Shown here: positions 13,025 through 27,019 of the stretch, in pieces
Layout: the number at the start of each line of letters is the position of its first letter
Position numbering within the stretch: position 1 is the stretch's first letter
NCBI GenBank assembly: GCA_017654855.1
Contig: CM030338.1
Location: forward strand, 1,054,001 to 1,118,000
From: Podospora anserina
Taxonomy: Eukaryota
Length of the DNA stretch: 64,000 nt
Direction: 5' to 3'
Position numbers and translations under genes: made by a program
The notes under the pieces: model-generated
Databases searched by the model: none
The model's input: the letters and a program-made list of their open reading frames with translations, nothing else
Told to the model about the DNA's origin: nothing

Positions 13025-16000
13025 GGCCTCTCTCAAAAGCTGCTGTGCCCGCGCCGTACATCCCGCCCGCTCTGCTCTTCTGTCCTGCCCAATTCGCCAC
13101 GCCAGTCGGTCCGTTGGTAACAGAACTGTGATACTTGCCCTCTCCAAAACCCCTTTTCTTCGCCCTTCAATAACCGCCAAGTGATGCCAAAAATATGTCG
13201 TACATAAAGAGAATAGAAATAGGGGTCGGTATCAATCACCTCACCCAAGAACCAAAAGCATTGTACCACCACCCCCATCTCGTCTGTTTCAAGCCCTCTC
13301 TCGTCTACAAAAGTAATCCTCGGGTTCTGATCACCTAATCCAGCTAAACCACCCCCCAACCCGAACTTCCCCCCCTCCATCTCTGGTATTTTGTGTAGCA
13401 TCTCATGTTATAACCCGTTGGTCTGTTCTAGACTTGGTTAGCTCCCTCCCCCCAAAACCAACACAAATCAACACACCTGCTTACGCCCTCCCCTTGCATC
13501 AATTTGGCAGCAGTAGCCGCACCACCATCAGCACCGAAAATGCCAGAAGAGAAAAAAAGAAAAGAAACAAAATCATACCCGTAATAAACCCATTCCTGGA
13601 TCTGCCTTTGGAGCAAACGATATAGCGCCTCATTGCAACCTCTGTACAGTGTACGAAAACATACATATAAAACCCCCCCTTCTATGCATGACGCTAACCC
13701 ACTCCCTTTGCCCAAAGATAGCATCCCGAACACCTGTTGCAGAAGTGGCAACTTGGTTTACCAATATCAATTCCAGTGTTATCATTCCCCCCTTGTTGTT
13801 AGCATACCCGTCTTATAAATACGCATCAGCAGCCGTACGAAAAAGCTTGGTGGCAGAGTAGCAACCATACTGTACACACGCATCGTCATCAACAAGCAAA
13901 AAAACGCACGAAACCCCCTACTTCCGTCTCTCGGCTGACCTGCATCGAGGTAGTAAGGAAAAGGGCGGTATACAGCATGCGGCCAAGACCTCACAAGTTC
14001 AGACGAAAATACGGTGGTGCTTCTTCCTTGCTCGTGGACTTTCCCCATCGCCTTACGGCTCCTCCCAAAAAACCAACAAGCGAGGAAGGAAGGGCTGACC
14101 ACAGGTTCCTTGTCCGGGAATAGTCTGGGGTTTTTAGTGTCTTCAAGGTTCAGCAAGCATCATCAACAGACCACGGGACCTTGACAAGAAAAGCGAGCTT
14201 TCGTGCATGATGAAAGAACTTGGTTAGCAGGGCCGGGTGATCTGCGAGTGGGAGGGTCCGACGTCTTCTTCCGAAGCCCCGGTTCTTCCTTTTTTGTTTT
14301 GAACGACCGTTTTGACACTTGCTTGCTTGTGTGTGTGTGTGCTGACATATCCAGATTTCTTGGTGGTTGGTGGTGTCTGATAGCTGTTGTTACCACTACG
14401 CCGCTGGATCCGCAAAAACCCACTATGGGTAGCCCCTTGGTGACCCTCTCACGAAACTGCTCTTGCCGCCGACCACCCTTGGTCCATTTGCTCATTGTAT
14501 ACACACCATTCCTACCAGAGAGAGGATCCGGTAGATGGGTGAGCACGTGGGTATCACCGCGGTAATAAGGTAGATAACAAGGCACGGCTCCATGTTGCTA
14601 TGCGGGGCTGTTAGAGTCTCTGCTGCTGGTGTTCCCTCGACAGGACTGAGGCATCGCCGGTTCCTAGGCCCAAGCGTGTCAGAAAGCATGGCAACGTGGT
14701 TTGCACAGACGTTCCTTCTTGCCGGCCTTGATACCATGATCGTGTTGCCCCTCGCACAATGCAACCCACATGCTGGGAAACGCTGCTTCGGGTGGTGTTC
14801 TCAGGAGGCCCGAAAGGGAACAGGGGCTGCCAAATACGGGAGCATCTTTTGCCCACCGTCCACGATCAGATGCGAGAATGTGCTCATTGCTCTCAGTGGG
14901 CTGAGCGTGTTGGTGGGGGTTCAAGGTGCATTGTTTGATCTCTCTTCTCCAGGTCCGAACATGCCGCGATCCATCTTCACCCCTCATTTTGCTCTCCGTC
15001 AAAACAAACCACAACCCCTCCACAGGAGCCCACTTGGTGTCCGTCCACAGTGGACCAAGATCTCTCTTTTGGCTTAAGCTGTGGATCACAGAGCGGCAGC
15101 TTGCGGGCCTCCGTAGTGCCGTTGATCGCCAAGCATGGCACCGTCAATGCCCAGTGGTTGACCTGTCGTCCTTCACTTGAAGCCGACGATGGAGTCTTGT
15201 GAGAGTTTTGCGGTCAATTGGTCCCCGAGAAGCCATCCGGGAGAGCACCCAGCAAATAAAAGATCTGTTACCCATCGGCTCATGTACGTCGACGACCTCA
15301 TCATGTGAGCAGAGCCGAACCGCAACCCCTGCGCCAAGATCAGAGAGCGCTTCTCTTGGCACAGACGAAGGTGTTGTTCCTCAGGATGATAACCGTCGGA
15401 GGTCTTGATGGTGTCTCACGCTCCTCCTCCGTCCGCACCGCCACATTGAGACGGCAACATGGAGCCTTTTCCTCTTCTTGCCCAGCTTGATTGTGAGGTC
15501 CAGAGTCACGCTAGGCCCAAAGCAGTTTCCCACTTGAAAAAAAATGCTTCCCTCCCATGTCTTCTTGGCCAGCCATCTGTCAATGGGACTGTTGAGGATT
15601 GACGACTTGTTGACCAGTGGGAAGCCAGGCCGGCCTCACGCTTGGACCTCACCGTGGGGATGATTTTCTGCCCAATGGCGGCGGCGTGCAACCCGCATCG
15701 AGCCGGAAAATACACCCAATGATAATCCTGACCTGCCTCTCTGATCATCGCCGTTGGACAAAAGAGGTCCCGAGAGGTCGAGTGGTGGCCGCAGGTGGCC
15801 GACGTTGCCCCAGACCCCGTGCCTTTTGTCTGTGAGGAACGGGCGAGCTGGTGAAGAGGGCACTGTAACCCAGATCGCTTGGAAGATAACGATGATTGCA
15901 ACTCCACAGTCTCCGACCGCAACCACAACCAGGAAAAGAAAGCTTTTGTGTCTTTTGAGGTCCTTTGTCGAGCTTGGCGCGGCTCGTCGCCGTTCGGGTT

Positions 16001-19000
16001 TCTTAGAGTGTACGGATGCTCGATATCTCATCTGGCGTGACATTGGCAATTCGAGGCCAATTCAAGGGCTGTATCTGGAGCTGAGCTTACTTTTCGTTTG
16101 GCCCCCTCTATTTGCTTTTGGCAATGTAGCCGATCCCGAGATTCTTTGATTATCGGATGAGAGAACTTGAGGCGTCGAAGGCGTTATGCTGCTATTGTCT
16201 AGCTGACCCTATGTTGCATTTCTTGGAGTGTGGTGGTGCTTCACACACACACCAGACCGGAGGATACTGCCCGGTGTTCCTTTCATGGGCCACGAGCTCT
16301 ATCGTGAATGTCTCGCGCTCTGACGGAAAAAAAAAAAAAGAGCGCACATCTTCTCTCAAGACTTGTGGACAATTTCATGAGCCCCATCGATATGGAGCGT
16401 CGATGAAGCGTGAGCTCCCCAGCAGAAACATCGGAAGGTCGACGTCTTTGCTTCCGGAAGCACCCCCTGACACCTGTAGTGCTGTGTCACGGCGCGCTGG
16501 CTGGGGGTCCTGGCGACGAGCGGGGAGAGTCGTGTCCATCTCAATCCCAGATGAGGCAGCGAGCAGCTCTCAAGCCATGATCGAGCCGATCCCAGATGAT
16601 GGCTGCGCTAGCAAGAATTGACAAATGACAATCGCATTGTCGTCCTTGGGCAGACCAGCAGACCAGCGGCACGATGTCTCTGAGCTGTGTCTCGCGGTGG
16701 TGCGGTTTGCGGGCCGACACCCACTAGAATGATCGAGTATCGAGCATGGAACGTCTCTTTCTGGCGGTCGATCGCATTTGGCAAGCTGCTGTGGTGCTGC
16801 CAGAAGGGCCCTGTGAGACTGTCTGTTCGACTCTGTGAGACCTCTCCTGTGGCACCTTGATGGATGCTGGCGAGAGCAGCAGGTGCACTAAGCTGGTTCC
16901 ATTCTGACAGGGCCTGACAGGCACAGCGGGCACAGCGGGCCAGTTAAGCGACCGCACCTTGTGGAGGCGGGACCCTTGCCCTGTCCCCTTGAAGCTCTGA
17001 AGCTCTTTCGAGATGATGTCTCGTTGCAGACACGGGAAGGCAGCTGATGATTCGCACTTGGCCCGGTACTATTTGTTGACCAATTGCCCATGGTCTGTCG
17101 AAACGAGATAACAGCGAATAACGAATAACGAGATGGATCGAGAGAGGTGCAGGAACCTGGAAACGCCTCCGTCTGCAGCTGGCCGAGGTTGGAGTGTTAC
17201 CTGGCTGACTGTCAACCTGGAAGCCCAAGCAGCAGGTGAGGTTGTGCAATGCCTGAAATGCATTCCGGCATTTCAATGGGGTCTGTGCATCGGATACCCT
17301 GGATTGAATATTGGATAGGAAAATATTGAATGGGCGAGGGAAGGCAGCATTGCAATTGCCATCCTCGCCAGTCATGCGGGCACCTGCCACGGTCATTGAC
17401 AAGTTTCGTTCTTTCCAGGCCGGACAGGCCCTGATATACCTCCACCAGGAAGGCAGAACTGACCTGCCCTGACCCAACAGGCAGGAACAACTCAACACAT
17501 GGCTTTTCCAGCAAACTGCCTTGCAACTACCAGGTAAATTCATCATCGGCGAAAAGAAACAAGCAGGACTTCAACAGCAGCCACCGCGTTTCGCCAGAGA
17601 CAGCCTGAGCGTGTTAACGGCGTCAGCCAAGCCTCCCCTCTTCTTCCTCTCTCCTAGTTTTTCCTATGTCTACGGCTGTTGCTTTTTTCCCTCCATCTTT
17701 TTCCCTCATCAGTTGCCCGCGGCCTCTCTCTCTTTTTCTCGCTCACCTCGCTGCCCCTGGCCCCTGGTCCACGGGGACAAGGGCCCATGTCCCCATGTCT
17801 TCCCATGGTGCGCGGTACGTACCGTGCATTTTCCTCAACAACCCGGCCTGGCCTGGCAAGGTACCTCTCATCCTCTCACTGACCTTGCCTTGCTCATCAG
17901 TGAGGTCCTTTTCGCTCTCTGGTCCCATCTGACGACGCTAACTGTGGGCATGATCCCTCCTTCTCCTCCCACTGTGCTCACTCGGGCTTGGTCTCAGCAG
18001 CTCCATGGCCCATCAGCGACTTGGAATTCGTCGGCATCTCCCTCGCGAGCCGCTCACTATCCGCTAGCTAAAGTTGCTACACTAGCTAGTAGAGCAATGA
18101 TTAACACCATATGTCTCTTTGCTGAATGACACTCACGACGGACCACCCCGGCTGCTCCAGCGAGCGCCGTTCTCCCCAGTCGACCCCCCTCCCGTGCTCC
18201 CCCAATCCGAACCAAGCTCGCCCTGGACCCCTGCCGGGAGATACAAGAGACGGTTCCTTCGCGTACATAGTACAAGTACCTACATATGCCGCCCAAGCGT
18301 GGTCCCCTCGGCCGCTTGCCTTGTCTTTTGCGCGTCCTGAACTTATCTTGTCCCAGTCCCACAGGTTGAACTGCATTTGCGGCGCCAGCTCTGCAGCCGA
18401 CTGTCGACTTGCGACTGGTAGATCTCTCTTGTTTGCTGCTGCACGCCAGTCACCCTTCTTCCGCTTGTTCTACCCGTATGTCCTCGACACCGGCTCGGCC
18501 TGACCTCTGCACGCTTTGGGGACCTCTGTCGGACCGGTAGGGCACACCACCCGTTCATATCCCGCCAGCAGTTCTGTCCGACGACTGCTCTGTACGCCAA
18601 GGTCTGCGGATAGAGAGTGAGAGAGAGAGAGAAGAGGGAAAAACATCTTCAACGGCGGCTACGGGTTAACTAACTCACCATACAAGCTTCTTTCCGCCCC
18701 CTTTTCGCCCTGCACTCCACCCCGTGCTGTCCCCGTCCAAGTCCCGGGTCTGCATCCACCTCGACCCGCGCTCTGCTTGACCAAGAGACCTGCCGAACGA
18801 CCACCCTCCCAACACCTCTGCAGGAGCTACCCAACTAAGACTTCGTGAAAGTGCAACACCACTGCACTTCCGGCCTCCACACCAAGCCTCTTGCGACCTT
18901 CCCCAGGCCAGGCCGCTGCACGCCCCCTCAGGAACCAATTGCTGTCCTCGGCCCCCCGTATCATGCATGTACTTCTCCTGAGAGTGTCTGTCTTGCGCAT

Positions 19001-19159
19001 CCTTTCCTGGGCGGACTGATCCCCACACCAGCTAGTCACCACCCCGTTGCCATCAACTGAGTGATTCGCTCCCACTGAGCCAGTGGTTTCTGCTTGCCTT
19101 GACTTGACCTGCGCCCCCGTCTGGTTTCGTCTCTGTTGGACGAAGCCTGTTCTGTCAGA

Positions 19160-20928
19160 ATGCACAACCAGATCATCGCCTCGACGGGCATGGACCAGGA
19201 AAGTCACTTAGCACACGATAACAACACATATGGCAACGACAGTTGGGTCGACATGAATTCGTATCACCACCATCATCAAACCACCATGCCCGACTATGGA
19301 GGGAACTATGGCTACTCGTCCATCCCGCCCATCACTCACGGGCTACCGTCGGAAAATTTGAACAGGATGCCACCACCACCGCCTCCTCATTCCATGCACC
19401 AACAGCATGCCTCTCACACACAGCTACCAATGCTCATGATGCCTCATCATCAACCGACGCCTACCTGGCCGAGTATGTTGACAAACCCAAACAACTACAG
19501 CCCTCACTCGGCCCCTCCGATCGCCATACCTCCCATCACTACACCGCTCAAGACGACGAAGCTTCCAGCGATTCAGACCACCACCTCCCAACCGAGAAAG
19601 ACCTTGACGGACGATGACCGCCGCGCCATGTGCCAGTATGCCAAGGACCACCCCAACGCGAAGCAGACTGACATCGGCCAGCGCTTTGGCGTGGAGAGGA
19701 GGTAGGAATTGATGGACCCCCTCGTTGTGATGCGATGTTCCCGTGCATGTTTTCCTCTAACACTGCTCACAGTACCGTCTCCAAGGTCCTGAGACACAAG
19801 GACAAATACCTGAACTCGGAGGATCGGAGCAGTTCACCTATCAAGCGTGGCAAAGGAAAGGGAGCAGACATTGAAAAGGCGCTGACGGCTTTCCTTCGTA
19901 ATGCTCGAAAGGAAGGCAAAACTCTGACTACCGAAGAGGTCAAGGAGAAGGCCCAGTCGTTTTCTATGGTCGGCGGTGGTGACTCCTTTACGGAGCACAA
20001 CAGCTCGGCTTGGCTGGAAAAGTTCATGCTCAAGCATGGCATGGGCCCCGGGAGACTGATGCGCCGGGCGTCAGAAACCAACATTTTGGACAGTAGACGC
20101 CACTCGCCAGCGTTGAGTGCTTCCCAGCCATCAAGCGCCATTTCCCCAGCGTCTCCAGCCGGCCACCTGTCACCATCACCCTTGTCAGCAAACAAGAGCG
20201 ACGAAGAAAAGGAAAGCATGAACAGTTTCATGGACTTTACGACCGACAATGCCTACAAGCACACAAATACGCAGAGCAATGCATCGCTAAACAGTGCTTA
20301 CACCGACCATGCCAACTCTTCCTTTTCTGGGAGCGCTCTCAGTCCTGCAGCTTCGTTTGGTTTCTCGCCGGATCCCAATACTGGCGGATTTCCGCCTCCC
20401 GGAGCACCAGGTGGAGGTTTCCAACGCCCGCGAAGCCAGACATTTCCGACGCTGGACCTGGAATACATGAACCAGTCTCAGAACACGGAGCCCCTGACGC
20501 CAAAGTATCATGTCTCATCTACCGCACCATCTTCGGCACTGGAGCCGCCATCCGCCAACCCGTCAGGTGGGCATTTCAGTATCGATCAGGCGATTTTACC
20601 TCAGCTCCGTCACAGCACCAGCAACCAGAGCCTTGGTGGGAGATCTTCAACGACTCCAGTTACGGCGAATCCCTCGTCTCCCAGCTCACCCACTCAAGAG
20701 GATGCAAGAAGAGCAGCGGATACTCTTCTGTCTTTTATCACCAACTCTGGTGGATTTGCTGACCATTCCGAGTACATGACTCTGCTCAAGCTTACCGAAA
20801 AGCTACGTATCCACCAAATGCAGCTAGCAAAGGCCCATGGCATGGGAGGACTCTCGCGCATACCCGAAGGCGACAGTGAGATGATGAACACGACCTCTAT
20901 CAAGCTGGAACCGACAACTACCGCCTGA
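19160..20928 (+). CDS. CENP-B/pogo-type HTH DNA-binding protein without a DDE domain (probable transcription factor)
   Basis: Intron 19702..19772 joins RKTLTDDDRRAMCQYAKDHPNAKQTDIGQRFGVERS to TVSKVLR (psq-type HTH). A second HTH follows (DIEKAL...SSAWLEKF), flanked by P/H/S-rich low-complexity sequence. Confidence 0.8.
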
Positions 20929-22277
20929 TACATACCCATTCGCTCTTCTTCATTTCTTTCAGCATTCCATGGTGTTTTGTTGGTGCTATTTAAGGTGTCT
21001 GGCGGAGGAGGAAGTGGAGTCGGCAGGCAACATTGCTTTTGAAGTCACCAGGGGATAGGAGTTGGGATCTCACAGGAGGATGCTTTCCTCCTGACGGAAT
21101 TTTTGGAAAGGGCAGCGAAAAACACAAACGAACAACACTTCGGAAAACCACACACTCACATACCACATACCCACCTTCTTCTTCGATACATCGACACTTT
21201 ATATACCCCTTTTTGGCGTTGCTGAATACCACTATACTGTCACCGTCACCGGAAGACTATACGCTCACGCGAAAAGCGAGGGTCACCAAAACCGACTCTC
21301 GCATCTTTTTCTTGTTGTCATTTCCATCTGGTCTTTTCTCGTTCGGTTTTGTTCTAGTTGATTGGCTTCCGACTACCCTATTTCATTTGACTCTGTACAA
21401 TTACTATCAGCATGGTTTCTCTTCGGACTTGTTTTTGAATTTTTTTTCTCTCTCTCTCTCACACACACACACACGGGCAGAGGGAGAGGGGGAGCGATCG
21501 ACCGACCGAACACGCATCGAACGAACAAATGGACGAACAGTCGCATATTTTCAAGCACCGAAAGTTTTCGAAAAGAATATAAAAGGTTGATGGACATGGT
21601 CCGCAAGGGCCTACTGGGGGTTGGCGATGGAATGAGTGGATGGAAATGAAAGTGTGTTTATTGTTTTTGTTTTTGTTTTTGCTTCATAATTGGGGAGGTA
21701 AGGGCGGGCTGGAGGAGGATATTGGACGGTTGAGATGGGCTCAAGATTGGGGTGATTCTTGACATAGTGGATGGATTTCATTTTTTATTTTTTTTTACCT
21801 TGGGTGATTTCATTAGGGAATGGAATGCACAATATTGGGAGGAGAGAAACAGACAGAATCACACAATCAGGAAGCATGTTGAGAGGGGAAGCAGAAAGGG
21901 GGAAAAGAGACAGCATAGGACCACGCCCATTCAGAGGAAATTTCGAGAATCAACCCTTTTCTTTTTGGTTTATTTTTCACACACCACACTGCCACACTGT
22001 CCTCTGGAATATGGAGACAGTTTGACTGTTATACGCTCTTTATGGATGTTGATTCTGGATTTTCTTTGCGGTGGTTGTGTTGTGTCTGACAGCTGAAGCT
22101 GTGTGTTTCTCTTTTTTTGCCCAGTGGAACGGCTAGTTCTAAAACCCCCCCCCACCTCCTGTGTCAAACCTGAATATATTATACCATTTTTCTTTGCAGC
22201 TCGAAATTTTAGTAATCATTGATAATGAATGATTCGTGAATACATTCAACTACTTTACTACCAAAACATTCACTAAC

Positions 22278-25200
22278 CTAAGTACAATCAACCCCCCTTT
22301 CCGCCCACAGCTCCAGCACCCCCCTCTCCCCAATCTCGGGCATCAACCTCACCAGTACCAGCTCGACAAGGCCGTAAACCAAATGCTTGTTGCAGTAGGC
22401 GTCAGAAAAGACGTCCAGGATCCCTCTCTCGATTTCAGAGAAAATCTCCTCTTCTTCTGGTGTCATCGTCGCTTCTTCTTCATCAGCAGACACCGTCGTT
22501 GGTGTTGCAGCCTTACTTTTTGTTGTCCTCCGGCGCCCCCGACGGCTAGCATCATCCTTGTTAGCCTTTTTGCGGTGGTGTCGTTGGTGTTGGCTGTGGC
22601 CGTGGCCGCGGTCCGTTCCTTCCCTAGCCTGCGTACTACTACTACTACTACTAACAAGATCATCATCAAACCTCGCTGCTTTCTTTTTCCCGCTGCCGTC
22701 CTCCCCTGACGAAGAAGGTGAGCTCCCCTCAGAGGACACATCTCCCTTTTCCTTTTGCAGTGTAGTTTTCTTAGCAGCAGCAGCAGCACCACCGCTGAAC
22801 GGTGAAAGCCCAAAGTAGATTTTGGCAACATTCCCCCCCAACAGCCCCCATAACCCCCTAGCGCACCTCCTCTTCAACACTCTCAACCCCTCCTCCCCTT
22901 CTGGAGCAACCAACGTCCCCTTCCCTGGCGCATTACCAGGAAAGAGCGCCCCGCGCACGTTGCGCAAAAGTGGGGGGAGCGCCAATGGTCCAGTGTCTTG
23001 GTTGAGTATGTACTGGTGGATACCGTGCGATAGCAACCTGTAAATCAGACTGTCAGAAAAATATACCACAACAGGAAATAAATCAGAAATTGGGGGTCAA
23101 ATGATATGATCCCATAATGTGAGACAGCCCGCCCGTGTGGTGTTTCATTTCCGTTTTCTTTTGCGTGGGGGAACAATAAGAAGCAGATAGAAGGATGTAG
23201 GTAAAAGGTGTGGTAGGATGGGTGGTGGTCATGGTGTGTAGCAGGGACTGGACACTGGTCCCCCCCCCCAAACTTGATCAGCCAGTGCTGTGGAAGGTGA
23301 CATTCAAGCACCAACTCGGAGAGAAAAAGGTCAGGCCGGAACACACACACAACTCTGTGTGGTGTGTGTCTGTGTGTCAAAAGTTCAGATGATCACAAAA
23401 CGACCCCAACGTAACCCGGTAAAACGTCCAGAGGGAAGCCAAAGGGATTTTCGACTTGGGAACCGCGGCAGTCTCGATACTCAGCAATGAACCCAGCCAG
23501 CCAGCCCACAACCACCACCACCACCACCACCATCTCAACCCCGGTTGATGCGGCCCAGTAGGCTGCTGCAGTTGGGAGACCAAAGGCGGCCAAAGCTTCT
23601 TGCTGAATGTGTGGGGAGAAACGACCGGGGTGAGGCACAAGGTGGGGAGACACACTTCGCTGACGGGGGTCCTGAGCATGGGTGCCAATGGACCATCGGA
23701 CTTGGGTCGGAGGAGAGGAGAGGGGGGACCATTGATGATTGCGCTTGGAGCACCCCATGGCTAAGCTGTCTTTGACTTCCTTTTTCCTGGCTCACGTCAT
23801 GCCGTCCAGGTAAGATCACATCTCGACAGGCGTAACAAGGTGACTCGATGCTCTTCCAGGGTTCCTTTGCACATGCGCCCCCTTCATGTTTCCCCTAGCT
23901 CGGGTTGTAAGACAACCTAAGAGGGGATATATGATCTGTCATTCGGTTTGACAGCCGAGACACCATCCGAGAAGGTTCAAGCCTCATCGCGACGATCTCT
24001 GCCTGTCGTCGAGCAACAACGTCGACGAAGACGGCACGCTGTGGGGCGGTGCGAAGCGCAAAGGAAGCCAGCGGTGAGTGAAGCAAGTCGGGGTGCTCGG
24101 CGTCCTCGGCGTGGAAGTGAGGTGCGATAGAGAAGTGTCCAATCGACATGATTGATGGCTTGGAAGAGGGTGGCCCGATCCCTGTCCCGTTGCTCCAGCC
24201 CGGGCGCGTAGAGGAGACTCGTTGATGGATGGTCAAAAGCCTGACAGAAGCCCTTCTCGAGCAATCGGACGCAGCCAAGGCGGTGCGGCGCCGCGATTGG
24301 TCCAATGGGTTGGGGGCACCAGATGCAGGCCCCAAGAGGAACAAGAACGACAGAACTGCGCCGTATGCGGGTCGCCGATTCGGCCGCAGGACATGTGGGA
24401 AGCGTGCGTTCCACTGCAGCACCAGCTTTTACCCCGAAGCCTTGCTCCAGCTGGGCATTGGTCCGGAGCACAGCTGCACAATGCGTCCAGTGACATCCGA
24501 CGACATCACAGGCAACGGCCCAAGTGACACTCCTCAAGACCCCTCGAGACCTAAACATGTTGCACTTGCAACTCGCCAGGAAGCATCATGATTCGTGCCG
24601 GACTCGGCACTTCTTCAAGTCCAGTGACTTTCTGCTCATGCAGTGCGACGGCGAACAGCAAAAAGGGGGTGGGGATATATCAGAAATGCTAAGTAAACAT
24701 GAAGCCACCTACCTGTCAAGCTTGCCATCCACGGCCGCGATTCGTCCTGGTCCCGTCATGGTAACCCACTGCACCATCGATAATGCGCCGCAGAGCCATG
24801 GCATCCGCACATCCATCTCGATCAGATTCGATATTGCCGACCAGCATCTGAAGGCCAACACGGGCATTTTGAGTGGTCCAGAATCCAGTCCGACCTCGTG
24901 TTGAACCACATTCTTGCGCTGGGCCGTGCTGTGAGAGCTTCGAGGCGGCAGAGAACGGGTCGTCATGAGGACCATGAAGGCCAATCTGATGAATGAGGTC
25001 GCGAGGAAGCACCAGTGCACCACCATCCAAAACAAGCCCTGCACCGAAGAGAGGCCGCGGCGACCAGCCGAGGAGCCCTTGCCCGGCCGCCCCGAAGGAT
25101 TCTCGTCCTCGATTGCTTTTCTCTTGCCCAACGTTCGTGTCGCAATAATGATCATCTCCAATATCATCCACGGCTCCGATAGTTTGTTGGCGACCGAGTT

Positions 25201-26151
25201 CCCGATGATTAGCTCTGAAAATATTTGGCCAACCAGAGCTGTCAGGCACCCATTCTCGAGGTCTTCGGTGGGGAGCAGGATGGCCAGGACGGCGTGAACT
25301 AGCAGTTGACGATACGCTACTTCATTCTCGGCCTGTTGGGCAACGCTTTCAGGGTCCTCTGGGCGGGGGACGGGTGTCAGCGCGGGGAGTGGACATAGCG
25401 AGTGGTAGATCTCGCGAGCATTTGTCCTGATGGGGGCCTGCGTGATGGGATCATGGGCTATGCGGTAGGCTGGATGTCTCCAACGTTAGCACGACCCAAA
25501 ATTGGACACGAGATCGCCTGTGGCTCCTTCTTCTTTCATGTTCCAGCCTCCGACAGCTCGCTCCAGACTCGGGGAACAAAAAGACCAACCAGTGATGTGC
25601 TTATCGAGCAGATCTGGAATCTCGTCGAATAAAAGGCTCTCCAGGTCCACTTTCCGCAGCCGCTGCTCGAGGGCTCTTGTGATGTGTGCGATGATTTGAA
25701 CAATCTCGGCAACGAATGTCTCATCGGGCGTAATCTTGTTGTACCAGTTCTGGATGTACTCCCTCAGGATGATGGCGATGAGGACGTAGAGCTGCAGATC
25801 CACATCGTTGCGACTGGTCAGCGGCGGTAAGAGCTCCTCGATCGGTGTTGGCGCACTCTTGGCCTTTTCGATATGCTGAGGGCAGAGGATGCGGCGGATC
25901 AGGAGAGCGGTGGCTTTGTCTGAGAGGGGGTCGGTGGTGGGAAATGCCGGGCGGGCGCTTCGTCGAGCTGCCGCTCCTCCTGACTGGGCAGGCGTCTGAG
26001 ACGCATCAGCTGAAGCTGTTGTGGAGGTTGGCCCCGACTCTGACTGTAGACTCGACGTGCGCGATGGCTTGGGTCGAGGCGTTACCGGCCCCGGTGGTGG
26101 TGGGTTGGGTGTTTGGACGCGGCTGGGAGCCTGGGCAGCTGCGGTCGTCAT
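22278..26151 (-). CDS. PXA-domain protein with a sorting-nexin C-terminal-like region
   Basis: Exon 26151..25590 (PPLTSRNDVDLQLY..IILREYIQNWYNKIT), intron, exon about 25469..24713 (LLPTEDLEN), 1,675-nt intron 24712..23038, exon 23037..22278 (LLRNVRGALFP, LDVFSDAYCNKHLVY..VELVLVRLMPE). Confidence 0.8.
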
Positions 26152-27019
26152 GTCGAAGTATGGTTGCTTACAGGCATCTCGCCGACTCGGTGACTGGTGG
26201 CCAGCAGAGCTCTTGTTCAAGTTCCAAGTCGGACTGGTGATGGTGCGTGGGTGTCGTTGACTTGAAGCTGTGGAGGGCGGTGGGCAGATCAATCGCTTAT
26301 CGGAGCTCAGGTCGCCTTATGTCACTGGCCCGAAACGGCAAGCGGTGAAACCCCACATCAGATGCAGTGCGTCACTCCATCACTGCACAGTGCTGTAGCA
26401 GCACTGTAAATACAGGGTATCTTAGCAGAATACAGCACCACAAGAAATAGATATGAGAAAAACTTCAGACATTCAAGAGTGCCGACGGGTGTGGTGCCAA
26501 CGACATCTTTCACAGGACTCATCGTGAACCTGAGACAGAAGGCATCGACAGCATGTGACTCTCGTTTCAACGGCATCCCTGGTCTCAAGAGTTGTCAGGT
26601 GGATCCTGTGGGGATGCAGGGATATCAAAGCGAAAGCCCCTTTGTGACCCCTATTCCCACTCGTTGCCCGGTGCTGGAATGTAAACATTCATATGTCGTT
26701 GACAACCGTTTGACAAGAGTTGAGGCTCAAGATACCCCTGCTGCATCCTGCAGCCTTCCTACCGCTCTACCGCATGTACATACATGTACTGGATGCGACC
26801 GCCTTCCGGTCATGGTGTATGAACACGCTGCAGCCTTGCCATGCATCCATAACGTTCCGCTTGTGCGCAGCAAATGCGCTCACGACCAACAGCCGAGAAC
26901 TGGAGCAGTCATTTTTTTGTTACAGCTTTATATACATACAGCTTTGTCAGACTCGGTCCAACAAGAGTTACTATACAACACATAGAGTTCAAATCATTGT
27001 CGCGAGTGTTGGAAACATC

